NCBI GenBank assembly: GCA_041742355.1 | Contig: JBGSIV010000220.1 | Span: 1 to 26,412, forward strand | Length of the DNA stretch: 26,412 bases | Reading direction: 5' to 3' | Source: Candidatus Zixiibacteriota bacterium | Lineage (GTDB): Bacteria; Zixibacteria; MSB-5A5; GN15; FEB-12 | Shown here: positions 17,514-24,379 of the stretch, piece after piece | How the letters are laid out: every line of letters begins with the position of its first letter | Numbering within the stretch: the first letter of the stretch is position 1 | Program-made: the position numbers and the translations under genes | Notes under the pieces: generated by a model | Seen by the model: the letters and a program-made list of their open reading frames with translations, nothing else | Database searches by the model: none | What the model was told of the DNA's origin: nothing

Positions 17514-18020
17514 ATGAAGGAAATTCTGAAAGCGTTTGTCAACACGGTGTATATGACGCCCAAAGGGCTGTTCATTACCCTGAAGCATCTGTTCATGAAA
17601 CCGGTCACGCTGGACTACCCGAAGCAGAAGAAGCCGATGACGCCGCGCTACCGCGGCCGTCACTACCTGGAACGGTACGACGACGGGACCGAGCGGTGCG
17701 TCTGCTGCGGTCTGTGTGCCGCGGCCTGCCCGGCCGATGCCATTTACATGGAGCCCGAGGAGACCGAAAAGGGTGAGCGGCGCGCCAAAACTTACGAAAT
17801 CAACCTGCTGCGTTGCATCTTCTGCGGCTACTGCGAAGAAGCCTGCCCGGAAGAGGCCATCTTCCTCGGCCAGGATTACGAATTCTCTTCGAGCGACAAG
17901 AACTCCTTCATCTGGATGAAGGAAGACATGCTCGTCCCGCACCCCCGGAAGGACAATCCGCTCAAGCGGATGTACCGGCGGGTGCGCAAAGTGTACGGCG
18001 TTACGGATAAGGTGCGATGA
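17514..18020 (+). CDS. nuoI: NADH-quinone oxidoreductase subunit I
   Basis: CVCCGLCAAACP and CIFCGYCEEACP (N6a/N6b). Confidence 0.98.
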   Translation: MKEILKAFVNTVYMTPKGLFITLKHLFMKPVTLDYPKQKKPMTPRYRGRHYLERYDDGTERCVCCGLCAAACPADAIYMEPEETEKGERRAKTYEINLLRCIFCGYCEEACPEEAIFLGQDYEFSSSDKNSFIWMKEDMLVPHPRKDNPLKRMYRRVRKVYGVTDKVR

Positions 18021-18625
18021 GTCTCGACACTGTCATATTCATATTTTCCGCCGTGGTGGCCGTGTTCGGCGCGACCATGATGATTGTGCAGCGCAACCCG
18101 GTGGCCTCGGTGCTGTACCTGATACTCTCGCTGGTGGCCCAGGCGGTCCTGTATATCCAGCTGGGGTCGGTGTTCATGGGGGCGATCCTCGTCGTGGTGT
18201 ACGCCGGGGCGATCCTTGTGCTGTTCCTGTTTGTGATCATGCTGCTGAACCTGCGCGGCACCGAGGACCTCGGACGGGGATCGGGGCCACTCAATCAGCT
18301 CACGAAATATGTATTCGCCGTCCTGTTCGTCGTCGAATTGGTGTTCGTCGTCAGGGCCGGGTTCTTCGCGGAGACTATCGCCGTCAGCGTGCTGACCGGA
18401 CCGCCGGCGACCGACGGCTTCGGCTCGGTGGAGAACGTCGCCAAGCTCCTTTTCACGCGCTACCTCTATCCCTTCGAGCTGACCGCCGTGTTGCTTCTGG
18501 CGGCGGTGGTGGGCGCGGTCGCCATTGCCAAGCGTGAGCGGGAAGATTTCGCGACGGAGGAAGGGGAAGCGGCTCACTCTGGTGACAAGCCGGCGTCGCC
18601 GCCCATGGAAAAGGTGGAAGGGTAA
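18017..18625 (+). CDS. nuoJ: NADH-quinone oxidoreductase subunit J
   Basis: RNPVASVLYL, VYAGAILVLFLFVIMLL, YLYPFELTAVLLL. Confidence 0.97.
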   Translation: MSLDTVIFIFSAVVAVFGATMMIVQRNPVASVLYLILSLVAQAVLYIQLGSVFMGAILVVVYAGAILVLFLFVIMLLNLRGTEDLGRGSGPLNQLTKYVFAVLFVVELVFVVRAGFFAETIAVSVLTGPPATDGFGSVENVAKLLFTRYLYPFELTAVLLLAAVVGAVAIAKREREDFATEEGEAAHSGDKPASPPMEKVEG

Positions 18626-18628
18626 TCT

Positions 18629-18931
18629 ATGGTCCCGATTTCAGCATACCTCATCGTCGCGGCGGTGCTCTTCGGCATCGGTACGGTCGGCGTGCTCGTC
18701 TCACGCAACATCATCATCCTGTTCATGAGCGTGGAACTCATGCTCAACGCGGCGAACCTGGCGCTGATCGCGTTCTCGCGGGCGCTGAATGTCATGGACG
18801 GCCACGCCTTCGTGTTCCTCGTCTTGACTGTCGCTGCGGCCGAGGCCGCAGTCGGTCTGGCTATGGTCTTGACCATATTCCGCAACCGCGATTCGATCAA
18901 CGTTGACAGGTACAATCTCTTGAAGTGGTAG
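18629..18931 (+). CDS. nuoK: NADH-quinone oxidoreductase subunit K
   Basis: FMSVELMLNAANL, VAAAEAAVGLA; 100 aa. Confidence 0.98.
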   Translation: MVPISAYLIVAAVLFGIGTVGVLVSRNIIILFMSVELMLNAANLALIAFSRALNVMDGHAFVFLVLTVAAAEAAVGLAMVLTIFRNRDSINVDRYNLLKW

Positions 18932-18944
18932 GAAGCAGGCAGGC

Positions 18945-20891
18945 ATGTCGGATTACATTTTTCTCATACCGCTCTTCCCGCTGATCGGATTCCTGATCAA
19001 CGGCCTGCTGCTCGGCAAGCTCTCCCGCCCGGTGGTCAACGTGGTGGCCTGCGCCTCCGTCTTCGCCTCCTTTGTCGTGGCGGTGATGACGTTCTTCGAG
19101 TTGACCTCGCTGCCGGCGACCGCCCGGGTGATCGAGCAGACGCTCTTCACCTGGATCCCCTCGGGGAATTTTCACGTCAACATCGGCTTCCTCGCCGACC
19201 CGTTGTCGGCCGTCATGATCCTCGTCGTCACCGGCGTCGGCTTCCTCATTCACGTCTACTCGACCGCGTATATGTCCCACGATCCGGGTTTCGGACGGTA
19301 CTTCGCCTACCTGAACCTGTTTACCTTCTCCATGCTGACCCTCGTGCTGGCGGACAATTTCCTCCTCATGTTCGTCGGGTGGGAAGGAGTGGGGTTGTGC
19401 TCCTACCTGTTGATCGGATTCTGGTTCGAGAAGCAGTCGGCCTCGGATGCGGGCAAGAAGGCGTTCATCGTCAACCGCATCGGCGATTTCGGCTTCCTGC
19501 TCGGCATGTTCATCATCTTCTGGCAGGTCGGCTCGCTGCACTTCCCGACTGTCATGGCTGCAGCCCCGACCGTCTTTGTCGCGGGCGGCGGCCTGATCAC
19601 CGCGGTCTGCCTCCTGCTCTTCGTGGGCGCGACCGGCAAGTCGGCCCAGATCCCCCTGTTTGTGTGGCTGCCCGACGCCATGGAGGGCCCGACCCCGGTG
19701 TCGGCGCTTATCCATGCCGCCACGATGGTGACCGCCGGCGTGTACATGATCGCCCGGACCAACGTGCTGTACCTGATGTCGTCCGATGCCCTGATGGTCG
19801 TGGCGATCATCGGCGCTGCAACTGCCTTCATGGCCGCGACCATCGGCCTGGCGCAAAATGACATCAAACGCGTGCTGGCCTACTCGACTGTCAGTCAGCT
19901 CGGTTACATGTTCCTTGCCTGCGGCGTGGCGTCGTTCACCGCGGGCGTGTTCCACCTGATGACTCACGCTTTCTTCAAGGCCCTGCTGTTCCTTGGCGCC
20001 GGTTCGGTTATCCACGCCATGAGCAACAAGCAGGACATGCGCGAGATGGGCGGTCTGAGCAAGTATCTCCCAATCACCTACCGAACCATGCTGATCGCGA
20101 CCCTTGCGATTGCAGGCATCCCCGGCCTCTCCGGGTTCTTCAGCAAAGATGAGATTCTCTGGAAAGCATTCTCGTCCGAGCACGGCCACCCGATCTTCTG
20201 GGTGGTCGGATTTGCAACCGCCGGCCTGACCGCGTTTTATATGTTCCGCCTCGTATACCTCACCTTCCACGGCAACGAGCGGATGGATGAGCACACGAAA
20301 CACCACCTGCATGAGTCACCCAAAGCGATGACCGTGCCGCTGATGGTTCTCGCCGTGCTCTCGATCGTCGGCGGCTGGGTGGGTATCCCGCACATCTTCG
20401 GCGTTACCAACCAGTTTGAGCATTGGCTTGAGCCGGTCATGGCCGGAGGCGGGGGACACGAAGCCGTCAGCGATGTCGTCCACACTTCGGCCGGCGGCTA
20501 TGGCGCCGGCATGGAGATCACGCTCATGGCGGCCTCGGTCGTGCTGGTTCTGGTGGCGATCTACCTCGCTTTCACGTTCTACCGGAAGCGGACGGACCTC
20601 GCGACCGCCTGGCGGGAACGGCTCTCCGGCCTCCACACGCTGCTCGTGAACAAGTACTACATCGATGAGATCTACCACGCGGTGATCGTGCGGCCGCTCA
20701 TCGGCATCTCGGTCTTCCTGTGGAAGTTCGTCGATGTCATGGTTATCGACGGTATCGCCAACGGCTCTGCCTTCGTGTACCAGTTGTCCTCCGAGGGATT
20801 ACGGAAAGTCCAGACGGGCCGGGTGCGCAGTTATGCCACGGCCTTCGTCGTCGGCGTTGTGGTCATTGTCGCTTACTTTGTGGCGGGCTAA
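18945..20891 (+). CDS. nuoL: NADH-quinone oxidoreductase subunit L
   Basis: GWEGVGLCSYLLIGFW, GKSAQIPLFVWLPDAMEGPTPVSALIHAATMVTAG, HAFFKALLFL. Confidence 0.98.
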   Translation: MSDYIFLIPLFPLIGFLINGLLLGKLSRPVVNVVACASVFASFVVAVMTFFELTSLPATARVIEQTLFTWIPSGNFHVNIGFLADPLSAVMILVVTGVGFLIHVYSTAYMSHDPGFGRYFAYLNLFTFSMLTLVLADNFLLMFVGWEGVGLCSYLLIGFWFEKQSASDAGKKAFIVNRIGDFGFLLGMFIIFWQVGSLHFPTVMAAAPTVFVAGGGLITAVCLLLFVGATGKSAQIPLFVWLPDAMEGPTPVSALIHAATMVTAGVYMIARTNVLYLMSSDALMVVAIIGAATAFMAATIGLAQNDIKRVLAYSTVSQLGYMFLACGVASFTAGVFHLMTHAFFKALLFLGAGSVIHAMSNKQDMREMGGLSKYLPITYRTMLIATLAIAGIPGLSGFFSKDEILWKAFSSEHGHPIFWVVGFATAGLTAFYMFRLVYLTFHGNERMDEHTKHHLHESPKAMTVPLMVLAVLSIVGGWVGIPHIFGVTNQFEHWLEPVMAGGGGHEAVSDVVHTSAGGYGAGMEITLMAASVVLVLVAIYLAFTFYRKRTDLATAWRERLSGLHTLLVNKYYIDEIYHAVIVRPLIGISVFLWKFVDVMVIDGIANGSAFVYQLSSEGLRKVQTGRVRSYATAFVVGVVVIVAYFVAG

Positions 20892-20898
20892 ATAACCG

Positions 20899-22497
20899 AT
20901 GGAAACACAGATCCTCACATATGTGACCTTTTTCCCGGTGATCGGGATCCTTGCGCTCCTGCTCGTGCCCAAAGACAGGCCGGATACGGTCAAAGGGGTG
21001 GCGCTGATCACGGCCGTTATCACCATGCTCCTGTCGTTCTTTCTCTGGGGCATGTTCGACAAGATGGCCCTCGGTATGCAATTCGAGATCGACACGCCGT
21101 GGGTGACCTCGCTGGGAATCCACTACCACCTCGGGATCGACGGCATCTCGCTGTTGCTGATTGTGCTCACCACGGTCCTGACCGTCCTCGCGATCCTCGC
21201 TTCGTGGCACTCGATCACAAAGGATATCAAGGGCTACTTCATCTCGATGCTCCTGTTGCAGGTCGGGATGATCGGCGTGTTTGTGTCGCTCGACCTCTTC
21301 CTCTTTTATGTCTTCTGGGAGGTCATGCTGATCCCGATGTACTTCATCATCGGGCTATGGGGCGGCCCGCGCCGAATCTACGCGGCGATCAAGTTTGTGC
21401 TGTTCACGATGTTCGGCTCGCTCCTCATGCTGGTCGGCATCATCTGGCTCCTCTTTGCCTACCACGGCTTCGCGGGCGAGTACACCTTTGACATCCTCAA
21501 GCTCTCGCAGATGCCGATCGGATTCCGGGAGCAATTGCTGCTCTTCGGGGCGTTTGCGCTGGCCTTTGCCATCAAAGTCCCGCTCTTTCCGTTCCACACG
21601 TGGCTGCCCGACGCTCACGTTGAAGCTCCCACCGCCGGGTCGGTCATCCTGGCCGGCGTGCTGCTGAAAATGGGGACGTACGGTTTCATCCGAATTTGCC
21701 TCCCGATGTTCCCCGATGCGACAGTCGCCTACCTGCCATACATCGCCGTCCTCTCGGTCATCGCGATCATCTACGGCGCGCTCGTCGCGATGGTGCAGAA
21801 AGACGTCAAGTCGCTCGTGGCGTTTTCGTCGGTCTCCCACATGGGTTTCGTCATGCTGGGAATCTTCGCGCTGAACCTCCAGGGTATGGAGGGGGCGATC
21901 ATGCAGATGGTGAACCACGGCGTTTCCACAGGGGCGCTGTTCCTTCTCGTCGGCATGCTCTATGACCGCCGCCACACCCGCCTCATCGAGGAATTCGGGG
22001 GCATCGCCAAAGTCATGCCGGTTTACTCGACCTTCTTCATGATCGTCGCCCTGTCGTCCATCGGCCTGCCGTTCACCAACGGCTTCGTGGGCGAATTCCT
22101 GATCCTGCTGGGCGCCTACGATCGGTCGGCAATTTACGGCGTTCTCGCGGCCTCCGGCGTCATCTTCGCCGCCGCCTACATGCTCTGGATGTACCAGCGG
22201 GTCATCTTCGGCAAAGTCACGAACCCGGCCAACGAGAAACTGATCGATATCGACTGGCGGGAGAGGATTATCCTGATCCCGCTGGTTGTGCTCATATTCT
22301 GGATCGGGATTTATCCCAAGCCGTTGTTCGAACGGATCGAACCGGCCGCGCAGCAGGTGCTCCTGAAAGTGGGGCGGGCGCAGTCGGTCGAGCTCGACGA
22401 TCAGTTCCGGGTGAACAAGGTCACCGTGGTGGATGTTACTGAAGAGAAACATCCCACGACGGTGGGGCTGAACCCGGAAGAAGGAGACGTGAAGTGA
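20899..22497 (+). CDS. nuoM: NADH-quinone oxidoreductase subunit M
   Basis: FYVFWEVMLIP, AIKVPLFPFHTWLPDAHVEAPTAGS, LLKMGTYG, SSVSHMG; polar C-terminal tail. Confidence 0.98.
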   Translation: METQILTYVTFFPVIGILALLLVPKDRPDTVKGVALITAVITMLLSFFLWGMFDKMALGMQFEIDTPWVTSLGIHYHLGIDGISLLLIVLTTVLTVLAILASWHSITKDIKGYFISMLLLQVGMIGVFVSLDLFLFYVFWEVMLIPMYFIIGLWGGPRRIYAAIKFVLFTMFGSLLMLVGIIWLLFAYHGFAGEYTFDILKLSQMPIGFREQLLLFGAFALAFAIKVPLFPFHTWLPDAHVEAPTAGSVILAGVLLKMGTYGFIRICLPMFPDATVAYLPYIAVLSVIAIIYGALVAMVQKDVKSLVAFSSVSHMGFVMLGIFALNLQGMEGAIMQMVNHGVSTGALFLLVGMLYDRRHTRLIEEFGGIAKVMPVYSTFFMIVALSSIGLPFTNGFVGEFLILLGAYDRSAIYGVLAASGVIFAAAYMLWMYQRVIFGKVTNPANEKLIDIDWRERIILIPLVVLIFWIGIYPKPLFERIEPAAQQVLLKVGRAQSVELDDQFRVNKVTVVDVTEEKHPTTVGLNPEEGDVK

Positions 22498-22715
22498 GCA
22501 ACGTCCTGATGTATGTCAAAGACGGCTGCCCATACTGCGCCGCCGCGATCAAGCACTATTCGGAGCAGGGGGTGCCGGTCGAGCAGATCAACGTGCACCG
22601 TGTCCCCGGCGCGAAAGAGAAAGTGCTGGAGCTGACCGGCGGCACGGCCATCGTGCCCGTGATTATCGAAGACGGCCAGGTCAAAAAGGGCTTCGGCGGC
22701 GGCTGAGGTTTCTAA
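22494..22715 (+). CDS. Glutaredoxin-like selenoprotein (Uxx-star type, CPYC ... GGG-U-GF*), with TGA 22704-22706 decoded as Sec
   Basis: RBS AAGGAG (22481-22486), GTG start overlapping the nuoM stop. CPYC motif, IVP cis-Pro motif, then GGC GGC GGC TGA GGT TTC TAA and a SECIS-like hairpin. The ORF track truncates it at 22706. Confidence 0.8.
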
Positions 22716-22743
22716 CAAGTGCGGGCGGCAGGTTGTCGCCCTC
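22704..22743 (+). promoter_or_regulatory. Putative bacterial SECIS element
   Basis: 8-bp stem GGGCGGCA (22723-22730) / TGTCGCCC (22734-22741) with apical loop GGT. There are 24 nt between the UGA and the loop, which fits the general bacterial SECIS model (G at the start of a small apical loop). Confidence 0.7.
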
Positions 22744-22754
22744 CGGGAAAGGCA

Positions 22755-24203
22755 ATGATAGATCTCACATCGGCAGGACTTGACTTCGCGCTCATAGCGC
22801 CGGAACTGGCGCTGATGATTGCTGCCTCGGTCATACTTCTGACCGGCTATGTCAAGAACCTCGGTAAGCTCAGCCCGTCTATCGGGCTGCTCGGCCTGGG
22901 CATCGCTATGGCCCTTGCCATCACCCACTGGGGCCGCCAGCACTCCGGCTTCTTCGGCATGGTCACTAACGACAACTTCGGTATGGCCTTCAAGGTCATC
23001 GCCGCGGGCACCTCGATGCTCGCCCTCCTCATGTCGCAGCGGTGGCTCACGGTCCGTGGGTACAACCGGCCGGAGTTCTACGCCCTTCTGCTGATGTCGA
23101 CTATCGGCATGATGGTCATGGCGAACACGACCGACCTCGTGGTGCTCTTCCTCGGGCTCGAGGTCATGTCGGTGCCGCTCTATGTGATGGCCGGCTACGC
23201 GAAGCGATCCCTTGAATCCAACGAGTCGGGCCTCAAGTACTTTATCATGGGCGCGTTCGCCAGCGCGTTCCTTCTCATGGGAATCGCGTTCGTGTTCGGT
23301 GCGGCCGGCACAACCGACCTGCGGCGCATTGTCGCCGACTTCACGTTCATCCTCGACCGGGCCGACACCTACCTGTTCGCCGGGACCGCGATGGTCCTGA
23401 TCGGGTTTGCGTTCAAAGTCGCGGCGGTACCTTTCCACGCCTGGGTTCCCGATGTCTACCAGGGCGCCCCGACCCCGGTAACGGCCTTCTTCTCGGTCGG
23501 ACCCAAGGCGGCCGGGTTTGCCGCGCTCCTGCGGATTTTCATGTTCGGCTTCGTGTCCCTTGAAATACTCTCGCAGGTGTTCTGGGTGCTGGCTGTGCTC
23601 ACGATGACCGTGGGCAACGTGTTGGCCCTGCGGCAGGGGAATATTAAACGACTGCTGGCCTACTCATCAATCGCCCACGCCGGGTATATCCTCGTGGCGC
23701 TGGCGGTGGGCGGGCCGGAGGCGATGTCGGCGGCCATTTTCTACCTTGTCGGCTATGCGTTCTTCAACCTCGGCGGGTTCGCCGTGGTGACGCTTATCGA
23801 GACGCGGTCCGGAAGCAAGGCGGAGTTCAGCGAGCTGCCGGGGCTGGCGAAAGCGCATCCGTACCTGGCGGTGGTGCTGGCGCTGTTCATGTTTGCCCTC
23901 TCGGGTTTCCCGCCGACAGTCGGGTTTTTCGGGAAGTTCTACCTGTTCTCGGCGGCGGTGAAGGCCGACTTCATCTGGCTGGCGATCATCGGGGTCATGA
24001 ACTCCTTCATCTCCGTCTACTACTACCTGCGGGTGGTAAAGGCGGTGTACTTCGAGGTGCCGGCAAGGGAGTTCGCCCGAGTCACGTACACCCCCGCGAT
24101 TGTGGTTGTGCTCTTTATCACGGCGGCGGGGACATTGGGGCTGGGCTTTTTCCCGCAGCAGCTTCTGGAGTTCTCGCAGAAGGCGCTGTTCGCCTTCCTG
24201 TAA
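22755..24203 (+). CDS. nuoN: NADH-quinone oxidoreductase subunit N
   Basis: LGLEVMSVPLY, ESGLKYFIMG, FKVAAVPFHAWVPDVYQGAPTP, NIKRLLAYSSIAHAGY, GFFGKF. Start moved to ATG 22755 (GGGAAAGG upstream). Confidence 0.97.
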   Translation: MIDLTSAGLDFALIAPELALMIAASVILLTGYVKNLGKLSPSIGLLGLGIAMALAITHWGRQHSGFFGMVTNDNFGMAFKVIAAGTSMLALLMSQRWLTVRGYNRPEFYALLLMSTIGMMVMANTTDLVVLFLGLEVMSVPLYVMAGYAKRSLESNESGLKYFIMGAFASAFLLMGIAFVFGAAGTTDLRRIVADFTFILDRADTYLFAGTAMVLIGFAFKVAAVPFHAWVPDVYQGAPTPVTAFFSVGPKAAGFAALLRIFMFGFVSLEILSQVFWVLAVLTMTVGNVLALRQGNIKRLLAYSSIAHAGYILVALAVGGPEAMSAAIFYLVGYAFFNLGGFAVVTLIETRSGSKAEFSELPGLAKAHPYLAVVLALFMFALSGFPPTVGFFGKFYLFSAAVKADFIWLAIIGVMNSFISVYYYLRVVKAVYFEVPAREFARVTYTPAIVVVLFITAAGTLGLGFFPQQLLEFSQKALFAFL

Positions 24204-24245
24204 GCCGAGTTCTCACACAGCCTCAGTCAGGCACAGATTTCGTGG

Positions 24246-24280
24246 CGGCGCTACCGTAAGAGGGTGGCGCCGTTTTCGTT
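24246..24280 (+). terminator. Intrinsic terminator after nuoN
   Basis: CGGCGCTACC-gtaagag-GGTGGCGCCG stem-loop followed by TTTTCGTT. Confidence 0.65.
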
Positions 24281-24301
24281 GGGGGGCTGTAATGCGCCGT
24301 C

Positions 24302-24339
24302 AAAGAAGAAGGCCGCCCACTCGGGCGGCCTTCTTCTTT
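24302..24339. terminator. Bidirectional intrinsic terminator between the convergent nuo operon and kinase gene
   Basis: Perfect 17-bp inverted repeat AAAGAAGAAGGCCGCCC-actc-GGGCGGCCTTCTTCTTT, giving U-rich tails on both strands. Confidence 0.85.
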
Positions 24340-24379
24340 CTATCCTACGGATCCCACGTTGAATGGTGGGCCACAGAGT

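Noticed and set aside
17496..17516. ATG ATG AGG TAG in frame just upstream of nuoI (possible amber readthrough or mini-ORF)
   Set aside because: The GAGGT here is simply the nuoI Shine-Dalgarno. NuoI is complete from 17514 and nothing suggests pyrrolysine.
12114..18020. Other TGA stops (nuoD, nuoE, nuoI; also nuoM) as possible Sec codons
   Set aside because: Each falls at the expected C-terminus and forms an ATGA/TGATG/GTGA coupling overlap with the next gene. No Cys is expected at those positions.
22719..22754. ORF-track N-terminal extension of NuoN (MRAAGCRPPGKA)
   Set aside because: It runs through the SECIS-like hairpin and lacks an RBS. ATG 22755 gives a normal NuoN start.
20899..24203. 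Non-canonical complex I with an extra antiporter subunit (2M type) or fused NuoCD
   Set aside because: There is one each of nuoL, nuoM and nuoN, and nuoC and nuoD are separate.
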